Source: Candidatus Latescibacterota bacterium
GTDB lineage: Bacteria > Latescibacterota > UBA2968
Direction of reading: 5' to 3'
Assembly: GCA_965198115.1 (NCBI GenBank)
Contig: OZ240241.1
Coordinates: forward strand, 2,496,001 to 2,560,000
Length of the DNA stretch: 64,000 nucleotides
The position numbers were made by a program, and so were the translations under genes. The number at the start of each line of letters is the position of its first letter. The stretch's first letter is position 1. Of this stretch, positions 20,034 to 30,988 are shown in pieces. A model generated the notes under the pieces. It was not told the DNA's origin and did not search any database. It worked only from the letters and a program-made list of their open reading frames with translations.

Positions 20034-20315
20034 CTACCCCGTAAACGTCGTCGTATCAGCCAGCGGATCGATCCGTACCACGCCGTCGGTCGCTGGCACC
20101 GACACCTCCACGATCCATCCATCCACGGCGGCACCGGGAACGTTGACCGTGACAGGCGTCCTTTTGACCACGCGGACATCCTTCGACACGTGGGCGAAAG
20201 CGTGACAGTTTTCGTCGTCGACGCAAAAATACCAGTGAATCCGCTCGTCCGCTTGCCCTCCCAGTCGGGCGACAACACGGCCATCGTCGTTGGTTCGATT
20301 CTCGTTCACGATCAT
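20034..20315 (-). CDS. Small hypothetical protein
   Basis: ATGA overlap with the nadD stop; GGAGG upstream. Confidence 0.5.
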   Translation of the reverse strand: MIVNENRTNDDGRVVARLGGQADERIHWYFCVDDENCHAFAHVSKDVRVVKRTPVTVNVPGAAVDGWIVEVSVPATDGVVRIDPLADTTTFTG

Positions 20316-20896
20316 CCTCCATAGAGCCTGTGAGCCTCAATATACCCGGCGACCGGACGGCCTACAAGCTCGTCGATCGGCAATCCCCGCGATACCCGTT
20401 CTCTGATATCGGTCGATGAACAGTCGATCAGCGGGCTGTCGAGGAACGTCATCCGTTCTGCCAGATCGTCCGGGACCTCACCGTGCTCCCAGCCAGGCCG
20501 GCACAGCACCGTCACGTTCGCCAGGTCCAGCACACGTTCAGGGTCGTGCCAGCTGGCCATGTCGACGGCGTTGTCGGCACCGATCAACAGATACAGGATG
20601 CGCTCACCGTCACCTTCGCCCAGCACCCCGAGTGTGTCGACCGTGTAGGACTTCCCCGCACGATCGACTTCGATCCGTGAAACGGACGTATCCGGCTCGT
20701 CACGAACGGCGAGTTCGACCATCGCCAGACGATCTTCGCCGGGCGCAACGGGTCCCGGTTTATGTGGAGGGTCACCGACCGGAACGAAGACGACCTCGTC
20801 GAGTTCACACGCGCCCCGCGCGTGGCGCACGAGCGTGAGGTGTCCGACGTGAATCGGGTCGAACGAGCCGCCAAAGACTCCCAAACGCTCCGGCAT
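20312..20896 (-). CDS. nadD: Nicotinate-nucleotide adenylyltransferase
   Basis: GGSFDPIHVGH, PPHK, SYTVDTL, IGAD, SSTDIR. Confidence 0.96.
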   Translation of the reverse strand: MPERLGVFGGSFDPIHVGHLTLVRHARGACELDEVVFVPVGDPPHKPGPVAPGEDRLAMVELAVRDEPDTSVSRIEVDRAGKSYTVDTLGVLGEGDGERILYLLIGADNAVDMASWHDPERVLDLANVTVLCRPGWEHGEVPDDLAERMTFLDSPLIDCSSTDIRERVSRGLPIDELVGRPVAGYIEAHRLYGG

Positions 20897-20897
20897 G

Positions 20898-21743
20898 TCA
20901 GCGAGGCTGTGCGGGACCGACTGCGCTCGAGTCCTCCGCACCCGCCACCGTCGGTGACACGCGGTTCCGAAGTTCCCGTTCCAGCTTTCGTTCGGTGTCG
21001 GCGTAGGCCCCCTGCTCCTCTACCGGCAGGTCCTCCGCATTCGTCTGCCGCAGGGCCTCCATCGCTTCTTCGAATCCTCCCTTCGCCGTGAGCGCACGAG
21101 CCAGGATCAGCCACGCAATTCTGGCGGATGGAGATTCGGGATATTGATCGAGGATCAGGCGGCCATAAACCTCAGCCGACGAAGGTCGCCCCCACTTCAT
21201 GTAGTTGCGCGCGTTCATCAGCTGCTTGCTCGCCAGCTTGTCCCTCAGATCCTGGATCCGTTTTCGAGCTTCCGGCGCGATCTCGCTGTTCGGATAGTCC
21301 TCGACGAAGCGAGTGAACTCCTGGATGGCCCGGGTCGTCTCTTCCTGATCGTGGTGAATCGACCGTGACTGGTTGAAGTAGCACATTCCGATCTGGAATC
21401 GGGAGCGATCGACCAGCGGGCTGACGGGATATTCGTTGATCAGACGCTCGAACTCGAAAATCGCGGTGATGTAGTCGTCGTTGCACAGATACGCCTGGCC
21501 GAGTCCGAACTGAGCGTCGTCGACATAACGCGAACCGGGGAAATCCGACAAAAGATTCCGGAACAGATTCTGCGCCCTCCAGCACTTTCCGTTGAGAAGC
21601 GCCTTCTGGCCGTCCAGAAAGTAGGTTTCTGCATCATCCCGACGCATTTTGTCCTGAGCGCATCCCGTCAAACCGAGGACGACGGCAAACACACCGATCG
21701 TCCACCGCCCGTAACGACACGTCTTTACCCAACACTCGATCAA
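20898..21743 (-). CDS. bamD: Outer membrane protein assembly factor BamD (lipoprotein)
   Basis: Lipobox LTGC, TPR repeats, HDQ..T..AI.EF..F...YPNS..A; start uncertain (TTG 21743). Confidence 0.88.
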   Translation of the reverse strand: MIECWVKTCRYGRWTIGVFAVVLGLTGCAQDKMRRDDAETYFLDGQKALLNGKCWRAQNLFRNLLSDFPGSRYVDDAQFGLGQAYLCNDDYITAIFEFERLINEYPVSPLVDRSRFQIGMCYFNQSRSIHHDQEETTRAIQEFTRFVEDYPNSEIAPEARKRIQDLRDKLASKQLMNARNYMKWGRPSSAEVYGRLILDQYPESPSARIAWLILARALTAKGGFEEAMEALRQTNAEDLPVEEQGAYADTERKLERELRNRVSPTVAGAEDSSAVGPAQPR

Positions 21744-22477
21744 GGGGAAGTGGCCTTTGCCGCGCGGATCCGGCGAATCTGCTCCTGGGCTCGCAGCAGA
21801 TACTCGCTTTTGGGATAGTCGACGGTCAATCGTTTGAACTCGACGAGGGCGCTGTCCAGATCTCCCAGACGTTGGTAACAATACCCGAGCTTGATCTGTG
21901 CATCGTCGTCCTTTTCGGTCACCGCATACTGGAAGACGCGACGAAACGCCTCGATGGCAGCTGTGTAATTGCCTTCTGCGTAGGCGCATTCCCCTAGCCA
22001 GTACTGGGCGTTGTCGGCCAGATCACCCCTGGGATTGTGGTCCATCACCGCCCGGAACGCGACACGCGCTCGACCGTATCGTTCGGCGTCGAAGTGGGTC
22101 AGTCCCTCGTCGTAGAGGTCAACCGCGCTCGTGGCCGGTGCGGGTGCCCCTCCCTGCTGAACCGGCACCCCCCCACCCCTGAGCTCTACGATCTGCGCCC
22201 TCAGCGCCTCGACCTGTTCGGCCAGGGCGGACAGCCGGGCGGCTTGCTGACGCTCCGTCGCTTCCAGCCGCTCCAACCGATCGACGAGCAGGGACTCGAG
22301 ACGCTCCGTTCGTTCTGGTGGCGGTGCGCTCGCCTCGGCCACACCCGGCTCTTCTTCGGTCGTGGGAAGCGGAAGCTCGATCGGCTCTTCGATGGGGGGA
22401 CCGTACTCCTCGTATCGGGTCGATGCACAACCGGCCGTCCAGACGAGGACGGCCAGCGCAAGCGTGACGGCCTTCAC
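21740..22477 (-). CDS. cpoB: Tol-Pal TPR protein CpoB/YbgF-like lipoprotein
   Basis: Lipobox TAGC, coiled coil, LADNAQYWLGE, DAQIKLG, YPKS; GTG 22477 with RBS. Confidence 0.85.
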   Translation of the reverse strand: MKAVTLALAVLVWTAGCASTRYEEYGPPIEEPIELPLPTTEEEPGVAEASAPPPERTERLESLLVDRLERLEATERQQAARLSALAEQVEALRAQIVELRGGGVPVQQGGAPAPATSAVDLYDEGLTHFDAERYGRARVAFRAVMDHNPRGDLADNAQYWLGECAYAEGNYTAAIEAFRRVFQYAVTEKDDDAQIKLGYCYQRLGDLDSALVEFKRLTVDYPKSEYLLRAQEQIRRIRAAKATSP

Positions 22478-22708
22478 GCGATTCTCCCTCTTGGTTGACG
22501 GAGGAGATGGGTGGAGGTTCCCACGAGGTGGAAGAGAACGTCGCAGGGCGGGGAAATGCCGTGCCGAACAGTCGTAAACTTGAGGATTTGCGCCAGTTAC
22601 AGCGTGGGTCAGTTCAAAATAAGCAAAGGGCCCATGCGAGTCAAGAAACGGCCCCGGACGCGGCATTCCACCTTGACCCGCCGAATGGCCCGCGCTTACC
22701 TTCGGCGA

Positions 22709-23458
22709 ATGGATCCTCTGAAGGCGCGCGTTCGTCACGGCTATTCGAGGGCGTGGGTCGTCCGTAAATACAGCTTGATCGGACTGTGGCCATCGGAGAT
22801 GCATCTGGTACGCGCGTACTTTCCACCCGGGTCGCGTCTGCTCGACATCGGGTGCGGTGCCGGCCGCACGTCCGTTCCGCTCGCCCAGGCGGGTCACGAC
22901 GTCGTCGCGATCGATCTGGCCACGCCGATGGTCGCCCAGACCCACGCCATCGCCGACTTCGCGAGCAACCACGTCAACGGTGTCGTCGCCGACGCCGCCA
23001 CGCTCCCGTTTCCCGAAAACACGTTCGACGGTGCCCTGTTTTCCTACAACGGCATCGAGCTCGTCCCCCGCGAAGCCGGAAAACGAGCGGTCCTGTCCGA
23101 GGTCTTTCGCACACTCCGGTCTGGCGGACACTTCATCTTCACCACACACGCCTTCGAGGCATTCAACCAGTTTGCGTGGTCCCGCGTCGAGCGAGCGGTG
23201 ACTCAGGTCGGACGGACACTCACGTTCCGATCAGACCCCCACGCCGAATTCGGCGAAATCATTCCCGATCCCGAGCACAATGTCGAGGTCTACTACATGC
23301 AGATCAACTCTCCGCGTAAATACCGTCGGATGCTGCGCTCGACCGGATTCGGGCTCCGGTACTTCAACAGTCGGTCGCGCATCGACGCGGCTAAACGGCC
23401 GAGCTGGATCGCCGATTTCGACGCCGACTTCAAGTGCTATGTCGCTCGAAAACCCTGA
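22709..23458 (+). CDS. Class I SAM-dependent methyltransferase
   Basis: LLDIGCGAGR, ADAATLPF..FD, L.SGGHFIF. Confidence 0.9.
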   Translation: MDPLKARVRHGYSRAWVVRKYSLIGLWPSEMHLVRAYFPPGSRLLDIGCGAGRTSVPLAQAGHDVVAIDLATPMVAQTHAIADFASNHVNGVVADAATLPFPENTFDGALFSYNGIELVPREAGKRAVLSEVFRTLRSGGHFIFTTHAFEAFNQFAWSRVERAVTQVGRTLTFRSDPHAEFGEIIPDPEHNVEVYYMQINSPRKYRRMLRSTGFGLRYFNSRSRIDAAKRPSWIADFDADFKCYVARKP

Positions 23459-23557
23459 CTCGACGGGCGTGTTCATCCTGGGCTCGACGAACGTCGACCT
23501 CGTCGTTCAGACAGATCGTCTACCGTTGCCCGGCGAGACGGTCCTGGGTGGCGACCC
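23439..23557 (+). pseudogene. rbsK: Ribokinase N-terminal fragment (truncated)
   Basis: ILGSTNVDLVV.TDRLPLPGETVLG matches the RbsK N-terminus; similarity stops before GGKGANQA. Confidence 0.75.
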
Positions 23558-23682
23558 CTCCAGACACAATTTGTCCCCGTTCCGACAGACGCCCCTCGCT
23601 CGACGTCAAACGTTACAAAAACGAGGCGGTCATCCACGCGAAATCCTCTGAGGCGCAACCTTCGAACGTGCGCCAGCACGTT

Positions 23683-23910
23683 TGCATCACCTCAGATTCA
23701 TCGGAGACGCCGTTTTTCAGAGGATAGGTTGCGCAACTTCCCAATGGTCCCCCAGAAAGTCGGTTAGGATGGTGTCCGGGAGCAGGAGAGACCACGACTC
23801 GGAGCGGACTGCTATCGATCGAGCGAAGATTGGCTGCAGGGTAGAGACTCTTAGCAAGTGGGTGCGGGCGGGGCATTACCGGATCAAGGACTTAGAGCGA
23901 AAGGCCGAGA
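23683..23910 (+). mobile_element. Degenerate IS3-family (IS629/IS51-like) left end and orfA remnant
   Basis: VRMV..DHDSE.TAI..AKIGCRVETLSKWVR..RIKDLERK resembles IS629 OrfA; IR-like sequence at about 23683-23707. Confidence 0.65.
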
Positions 23911-24015
23911 GCTCCCCCGGACCCGTGAGATCGGCGAGCCGTGGCCATCCTACGCGCAGGCAGGGCTCGATCACGCACGGTCGGACGTCATAGCGAGCAA
24001 CTCCAGGAAGGCGTT

Positions 24016-24880
24016 ATGCGGTTCTTAGTGGCTGCTGTCTTATTGATTGGCGTATCTACCGCCTCCTTACCTTTCCAGGCTGAGAGGAACGTCTTCCATA
24101 TTCCGCTCCTGGACGACGGCTATTACGCCCTCTCGGTTGCACGGAACATTGCCCTGGGAAACGGCATCACTATCGATGGCTCCGTGCCGACGAACGGTTT
24201 CCAGCCACTGTTCGTGTTTCTTTCTGCGCCCGCCTTCTTCATGGCAGGAGGAGACAGGGTTCTGGGAATACGCTTTGTTTTGGTGATCCATTGGTTGTTC
24301 TACGCTGGCACAGCCTATTTGTTAGGCCAGATTGCTCGAGATGCTTTTTTCAGGGAAGATGCTAAGAAAGCGACTACAGCATTTTGGCTCGCTCTGTTCA
24401 TCTACGTTTCTACGCTTTCCTTGCGTTCTGATAAACTTTAACGGCCTAGAAACCGGTTGTCTCTTGTTCTTCTGCAGTCTCGTTTGGCGCTACTACCAGA
24501 TCGGCCATATGGATACCTGGACAGGTTCGGTTGTTCTGGGTCTCCTTCTGGGACTGACAATCCTCGCTCGTATAGATACGGTGTTTCTGGTCGCCATCCT
24601 TTCGGCTTTTCTGTTTTGGTCCAAGCACGGAAACGAAGTCTCCACAAGACTGGCCCACACCGGAATCACTCTGGCGATAGCTTTCCTGGTATCCTCTCCG
24701 TGGTGGGTGTACAACCTGACGGGGTTTGGATCTGTCATGCCAACGAGTGGAACGGCCACACACTCCTGGGAGTTTTCTCTGAAGAGGATAGAGGCAGCGG
24801 CACTGTCTGTTTATTGGGTGGCGATACCTCCGGTCGTGACCAACCCCATCTACCCTGTTGGGTTCGACGGAGAGCTATAA
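24016..24880 (+). pseudogene. GT-C/ArnT-like membrane glycosyltransferase, frameshifted (about 24425) and truncated
   Basis: DDGYYALSVARNIA.G.G..TNGFQPL, NGLET, ARID motifs; lower GC; ends just before ISL3. Confidence 0.7.
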
Positions 24881-24901
24881 TCAAAAGGTGTGGAAAAAGA
24901 G

Positions 24902-26321
24902 GGCTCTATCCGGGTTTCTCAACGGTGAAACTATAGAATGACAAGGTCATAGATCGTTCCCTACGCTTGGTTGTGTGTGTAGGACAATCAAAGCGAAGGG
25001 GGTGCGACCTATGACCGGGAGCAGATTACTATCGAAACTGCTGAGATTCAAGGGGTTCCGTGTTGTCAGCTGGTGGTTTGAGGGGAGAAGCTGCTTCGTC
25101 ATCGCCGTAAAGCCACATAAGAATGGTTGTTGTTGTCCGGAGTGCGGCCGTCGAGGTAAAATCGTCCGCACAATGCCCCATCCGCGTCGGTGGCGTGACA
25201 TTCCGGTGTGCGGGTGGAGGGTCTGGCTTCTCTACCATCCTCGGGAGATTCGGTGTCCTACCCACGGTCGTGTGGTCGAGGAGATTCCGTGGGCGGAGCG
25301 GTTCTCTCGGGTGACGTATCGCTTCGAGTATGCCATGCTGCGCTACTGCCAGACCATGACGCAGAAGGCGGCGTCCGAGTTACTGCGCATCTCTGCCTCG
25401 ACGCTGTCGGATCTCCTTCACCGATCCATCACGCGGCTTCGTGAAGGTCATCGTATCCGAGGGCTCAAAACCATCGGGATCGACGAGATCTCCTACGCCA
25501 AGCGTCACAGGTACGCCACGCTCGTTTACGATCTGGACCGCTCCTGCGTGGTGTGGGTTGGCCGCGGCAGGGCGCGTAAAACGATCGATCGGTTCTTCAC
25601 AGAGGCTCTCAGTCCCTACCAGAGATCCAAGATCGAGTGGGCCTGCTGCGACATGAGCGAAGCTTACATCGGAGCCATCCAGGAACACTGTCCGAATGCC
25701 AAGCTGGTCCTCGATCGCTTTCACATCGTCAAGGCTCTCAATGCCGCCGTTGACGAGGTCCGTAAGGACCAGTGGCGTAAAGCTGCCCCGGATGAGCGCA
25801 AAGCCATGAAGGGCCTCCGATGGCTCCTCTACCGGCACTCAGCGACACGCTCCAGAGGGGATACTCGGACACTCAAAGCACTGGAGAAGGCGAACTACCG
25901 AATCTATAGAGCCTGGAGACTCAAGGACGAGTTCGAGCAGTTCTGGGAATACAAAGCGCCCTGGGCTGCCGAACGCTTCCTGAAATGCTGGACGACGTCC
26001 GCACTCAGAAGTCGACTTGAACCCCTGCGAAAGTTCGTCAGGACCCTGCGACAGCACTTCTTCGGCGTCCTCGCATTCGTGAACACGCGTCTTACCAACG
26101 CCATCGCCGAAGGCCTCAACCGAATCGTCCAAATCGTCAAGAACCGAGCCAGCGGATTCCGCACACTCGACGCATTCAACGATATGATCTTCCTTACCGT
26201 CGGAGACATAAACATCCCTGAGCAGATTCCGAAGAGGTTCCGCACACTCTAACCGCGCCCCCATGCCAGGAACCACGGCACCTTCACCCACTTCATCTCG
26301 TTGAGAGATCCGGATATAGCC
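24902..26321 (+). mobile_element. ISL3-family insertion sequence
   Basis: IRs GGCTCTATCCGGGTTTCTCAACG / GGCTATATCCGGATCTCTCAACG (20/23); no target duplication. Confidence 0.92.
25011..26252 (+). CDS. ISL3 transposase (intact)
   Basis: CPECG zinc finger, IGIDE, CDM..Y, DRFHI, TNAIAEGLN. Confidence 0.96.
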   Translation: MTGSRLLSKLLRFKGFRVVSWWFEGRSCFVIAVKPHKNGCCCPECGRRGKIVRTMPHPRRWRDIPVCGWRVWLLYHPREIRCPTHGRVVEEIPWAERFSRVTYRFEYAMLRYCQTMTQKAASELLRISASTLSDLLHRSITRLREGHRIRGLKTIGIDEISYAKRHRYATLVYDLDRSCVVWVGRGRARKTIDRFFTEALSPYQRSKIEWACCDMSEAYIGAIQEHCPNAKLVLDRFHIVKALNAAVDEVRKDQWRKAAPDERKAMKGLRWLLYRHSATRSRGDTRTLKALEKANYRIYRAWRLKDEFEQFWEYKAPWAAERFLKCWTTSALRSRLEPLRKFVRTLRQHFFGVLAFVNTRLTNAIAEGLNRIVQIVKNRASGFRTLDAFNDMIFLTVGDINIPEQIPKRFRTL

Positions 26322-27607
26322 ATAAATAAACGGTCGATCTCAATGTTGAGCCATTGGCCGGATCGTGTAGTTCCAGTCGCCGTGGAAATCGTGCGGAGTG
26401 AGATCGATTTGGGTCATCTGTTCATCGGTCACCTTGACCCCGTTAGGGTAGGGTCGCTTGTCGATCTCGGAGCGTACTCGGAGACCGGCTTGAGTGGTCG
26501 TTCCGGCAATGAGATTCACGGTTGCAGCCAGGCTGACCAGGGGCTTGCCTCGCCCAGTTCATAGCGATGAAGGAGAACAGGCGATGTTCGATCTTGTTCC
26601 ACTTACTAGTGCCAGGAGGGTAGTGGCATACGGTGATCGTCAGGCCAGTGCGATTCGCAAAGCGCTGCAGCTCCCACTTCCACAGCCGCGTCTTGGCGCC
26701 GTTGCTGCCGCCTGCGTCCGCCGTGATTAGCAGATGCGTCGAAGTGCCGTAGGCGGGCCGTCCCATGTTCTTCCACCAACTTCGGATCGCATTCACGGCG
26801 AAGCTGGCCGTGTCGTGATCGATACCGACACTTACCCAGCCTTCATCACGGCTCAGATCATACACTCCATAAGGGATCGCCTTGCCCTGAGCAGGCACTA
26901 TGAAATCGTGTACCTTCACACGCTCCGGGTCTCCCTTGGGTCGCCATTCTCGGCCAGGATTCTTGAAGTCGCCGATCAACTCTTTCTTCTTGGTGTCCAC
27001 CGAGATAACGGGAAGGCCCTGCTGCTGCTGCTGGCTAATCCGATCATCGAGGTAAACGAACTGAGCGTCCCGATCCGGGTGTGCAGATCCCTCCCTTGTC
27101 TTCCGATTCGCCTGCAGCGTGTAATCGTGTTCGTGCAGGAGATTGGCAACGATCCTGGGGCTCACCGAATGCCCCATCGCTTGCAACTCGGCGGCCAGTT
27201 TGCGAGTGCTCTTCGATGTCCATCTCAGAGGATTGTCGTCAGGCGACCCCGCAGTCGTTGGCTCGACCAGATCATTCAGGTCCTGCCACAGCGTCGGGTC
27301 CGTGTCGGCCTTCCGCTTACGACCGCCGCCTGGACGCCGGATGCGAGCCGGGTCCAAAGGTTCGTCCGACCTCAACTCCTGAATGCCACGAAAGATCCGC
27401 TCTCTGGACATTCCTGTCGCCAGAGCCACAATCGCGATCCCACCGTGACCCAACGCTTCGGCTTCCGTGGCGGCCCACAGACGACGCGTGCGTTCCGTCA
27501 GCACCGGAGCCAAGGCTTCATACTTCGTTCGGAGAGTTTCGACGTCCACACTCCGAGCGTAAGATCATTACCTTGAAAAGTGCAGCACTTATTTCGTGGC
27601 AAGCCCT
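26322..27607 (-). mobile_element. ISAzo13-family element, one end clipped by ISL3
   Basis: Carries the transposase below; putative outer end AGGGCTTGCCACGAAATAAG lies 3 bp past the nucleoside hydrolase stop; the other end keeps only TTATTT before the ISL3 IR. Confidence 0.75.
26340..27549 (-). CDS. ISAzo13 transposase (frameshift at about 26550)
   Basis: PLRWTSKS, ISVDTKKKE, DAGGSN, PPGTSKWNKIEHRLF, and C-terminal FHGDWNYTI in the shifted frame. Confidence 0.93.
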
Positions 27608-27610
27608 AAC

Positions 27611-28546
27611 TCAATGGCAGCGCAACGCGCGCTCAACGAACAGCGACAGAAAGCCCGAAACATCCGCCTGGACAATGCATCGCACTGGCCGACCCACCCG
27701 CTTCTCATCCTCCACTCTTCGTCGATCCACCACGACCTGACCCGCTGTCAACGTTCCGTCCACCTCCACGTCCAACCAGAAAGACTCCGTTCCGAAAAGA
27801 TCGGGCTCGAGCGTCCACCCGACTGCGACGGGATCGTGGAGGTGAATCCCCACAAAACCGCCCGTCGACCTTCCGTGCTCCACAACGACCCTGCTCGCCT
27901 CCTCGAAAAACCGGACGCGGTCCGTCGCTCCCTGTCCGACGAGCTGCCCGATATCCTCTTCCGTCATCCTGACCTGATGGGTGACGTCGAGCGGAACGAG
28001 GGTCAGGTTCGCTCCCGACGCCAAAACCTCCTTGGCGGCCTGAGGATCGGCAAAAAAATTGTACTCGGCAGTCGGCGAAGAGTTTCCGGGTACCAGGACC
28101 GCGCCCCCCATGACCACGACCTCTTTCGCTTTGCGCAGCGTGCCGGGATGAGCACGTTCGGCCAACGCGAGATTGGTCAGTGGGCCCACCGCCACGAGGG
28201 TCGTGTCGGCAGATCCTTCGCTCAAGAACTCGATGGCCCCTTCTCTGGCCTCGACACTCGCTGACGGCAGGATGGCGGAACCCAACCCACGATGACCGTG
28301 CACCTCTCGCGTATGGACGGGTTCGCGAACGAGTGGCCGCCCCGCGCCACGGTAGACGGGAATATGGCTCGCCCCGACAAACGCCAGGACATCGAGGGCA
28401 TTCTGCGTCCCCGTCTCCACCGGGACGTTCCCGGAAACGACCGTCACACCCAGGACCTCGATCTCGGGCGACGCGACCGCCAGCAGGATCGCGAGGGCGT
28501 CGTCCACACCGGGGTCGACATCCAGAATGACGCGTGCCAGTGGCAA
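27611..28546 (-). CDS. Inosine/uridine-preferring nucleoside hydrolase
   Basis: DVDPGVDDALA, VHG..GLG, GPLTNLA, AEYNF..DP, LHDP. Confidence 0.95.
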   Translation of the reverse strand: MPLARVILDVDPGVDDALAILLAVASPEIEVLGVTVVSGNVPVETGTQNALDVLAFVGASHIPVYRGAGRPLVREPVHTREVHGHRGLGSAILPSASVEAREGAIEFLSEGSADTTLVAVGPLTNLALAERAHPGTLRKAKEVVVMGGAVLVPGNSSPTAEYNFFADPQAAKEVLASGANLTLVPLDVTHQVRMTEEDIGQLVGQGATDRVRFFEEASRVVVEHGRSTGGFVGIHLHDPVAVGWTLEPDLFGTESFWLDVEVDGTLTAGQVVVDRRRVEDEKRVGRPVRCIVQADVSGFLSLFVERALRCH

Positions 28547-28547
28547 A

Positions 28548-30056
28548 TCAGATCCCGTAGAGCGCTTCGTACTTGCGTGTCAGATGATCGATCAGCGGCT
28601 CGTGACTCAGGGGATTCCCCGTCACCTCCATCGCAAGATCGTTCGACCAGTAGCGCATGCCTGGGTGTAGACCTTGTCAGTCAGCCAGGATAAAAGCGGA
28701 GTAAACTCCCCTGCCGCGAACTGTGCATCCAGGTCCCCCACTTCTTCCAACGCCCGATCGTACAGCACCGCAGCGTAGAGGTTACCCAGTGTGTAGGTCG
28801 GAAAGTAGCCGATACCGCCGCCGCTCCAGTGGATATCCTGCAGGCATCCTTCGGCATCGTCCGCCGGTCTCATCCCCAGGTATGTTTCGAAGGTGTCGTT
28901 CCAGGCGCCCGGGACGTCACTCACGGGAAGATCATCGTTGATCAGAGCCTGCTCCAGCTCGAAACGGAGCATGATGTGGAGGTTGTAAGTCGCCTCATCC
29001 GCTTCGACACGGATGAACGATGGGCGCACATCGTTGACGGCGAGTACGAAACCCTCTTCGGCCACATCGTCCAAAACCCCGGGGAACGACGCTCGCAATT
29101 TTGGATAGAAGTGCCGCCAGAACGAGGGACTGCGCCCGACGAAGTTTTCCCACATGCGGGACTGGGATTCGTGGATGCCCAGAGACACGGCCCCGCCCAT
29201 GGGCGTACCCCAGTGCTCTTCGGCGAGCCCCTGGTCGTAGACCCCGTGCCCGGCCTCGTGCAGAATGCCGAAGAAGGCCTGGTTGAGTTCGTGCCGATCG
29301 TAGCGCGTCGTAATCCTCGTGTCTCCAGGACCCAGACCACTGCAGAAGGGGTGTGTCGTCACATCGAGCCGACCTCGCTCGAAATCAAACGATCGCGGCG
29401 GCGGCAGAGATCCCGAACGTCGCCTGCACATCCTCGGGAAAGTCCCGGTGCAGGATCGACAGATCGGGTTGTCTCGAAGAAGCCCTCACACGCTCCACGA
29501 GTGAAACGAGACCATCTCGTAAGGGCTCGAACACACGCTTCAGATTCTCGGTCGTCTCGCCGGGCTCGTAGTCCTCCAGCAGGGCATCGTAGAGTGAAGA
29601 TCCATTCGCCAGAGCCGCGGCCTCTTCCCTCTTCAAACGGACAACGTCGGTCAGCGTCGGTTCGAAGTGAGCAAAGTCCTTGTTGGCTCGTGCCTCCGTC
29701 CAAACCTGTTGTCCGACGGTTGTGACTCGGGCGATCTCCTCGACGAGTGACTTTGGCAGCTTGGTCGCGCGATCATACCAGCGGCGCCATTCCCTGACGT
29801 TCACAGCTTCGACCGACAACGGGTCCGCGATCATTTCATCCCCCTCGATCGCCGACAGCCACTCATCCATCACCGGATCCGTCAAACGCTCGTGGACCAT
29901 CCCCGCCAACAGGGCGATCTGATCACCTCGGTGAGCGGAACCGCCCTTGGGCATGTAGGTGCGTTCGTCCCAACCCAGAACCGATTCACACGATCCCAAC
30001 AGCGCGGTCTCTTTCGATCTCGCCCGCAGTTTCTCGTAGCCTTCTCTGGCTTTCAT
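28548..30056 (-). CDS. Carboxypeptidase M32 (Taq-type); frameshifts at about 29390 and 28655
   Basis: LGWDERTYMP, YDALL..YEPG, HPF, HEAGH, HESQS, IRVEADE, CLQDIHW, GYFPTY. Confidence 0.94.
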
Positions 30057-30211
30057 GGTTATCAGCACTCACTGTTTGGGTTTCTGATAGCTCGTGAGGT
30101 CATCGCAGAACTCTACGCGACAGTCGCGGCCAACGGTCACCGCCCGAATGCTACAAGACCGTCATGAATCCGTCAAGCCTGGCGGATTCAACAAATGACG
30201 ATCCCGAGTCG

Positions 30212-30240
30212 TTGATTCCGGGCACACGCCACTCTATATT
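30212..30240 (+). promoter_or_regulatory. sigma70 promoter, probably giving a leaderless mRNA
   Basis: TTGATT-N17-TATATT, 5 nt before ATG 30246, with no SD sequence. Confidence 0.55.
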
Positions 30241-30245
30241 CCGTC

Positions 30246-30974
30246 ATGACCGATGTCGAGCACGACGAACTCCAGCGTATTCGATCCAAGGTCGCCGGAT
30301 TTCCGACCACCACGATCGAAGCTCAGGTCGACAGCGTCGCCCGTGCCTATTTCGTCGATCCATCGATAGAGCAGGAAGCCCGGGACTGGGGCCTCCGTTT
30401 TTGGCTTCCCGAAGCTCGAACGTTTCGGCACTTCCTCTACGCCTACAGCGCGCTCTTTGGAATCCCGGTTTTCACGCAGGAAGCGCTCGAGCGACAGCCG
30501 GATCGCTTTTCGAGAAAACGACTCCCCCTGACGATCCGGTCGACGGCCAGTTTCATTCTCGACGCCTTCGGTTTCGACCGTCGTACGGGTCGGGAGCGAA
30601 GCGTGCTCTACGCGCCAGGCCCCGTGATCCGCCACGTTCACGCGGGAGGGTTGGGGAAAGCCCGAATCAGCGACCCGGCGATGGCCTACTTCGTCGCCCA
30701 GCTTTTCAGGGCCTCCGAACGAAACTCAGGGGCCGAAGAGGGTCACTTCGACTACGTAAAATCGTTCCTGCACGCGGGTGCGTATGCTTTTCCCGCCACA
30801 CGGGATGCTCTGGAAGACTATATCGTCGACGTCGACCGCGTCCTGGCCGGGAATCGGTTTCAGGATCTTTGGGGCAACGTTCACCACGCGGCCGTCACGC
30901 TCGGTGTCGACGTGGACCTGGCAGATTTCCTGCCTCATCACACGGCCAGCTTCTACGGCCGCCATACTCGTTAA
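30246..30974 (+). CDS. Hypothetical protein, possibly MpaB/DUF2236-like heme oxygenase fold
   Basis: R.T..FI.D...IRHVHA...IS...M.Y....F pattern; 14 bp upstream of the Rdx gene. Confidence 0.6.
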   Translation: MTDVEHDELQRIRSKVAGFPTTTIEAQVDSVARAYFVDPSIEQEARDWGLRFWLPEARTFRHFLYAYSALFGIPVFTQEALERQPDRFSRKRLPLTIRSTASFILDAFGFDRRTGRERSVLYAPGPVIRHVHAGGLGKARISDPAMAYFVAQLFRASERNSGAEEGHFDYVKSFLHAGAYAFPATRDALEDYIVDVDRVLAGNRFQDLWGNVHHAAVTLGVDVDLADFLPHHTASFYGRHTR

Positions 30975-30988
30975 CAAGGAGGGAGACC

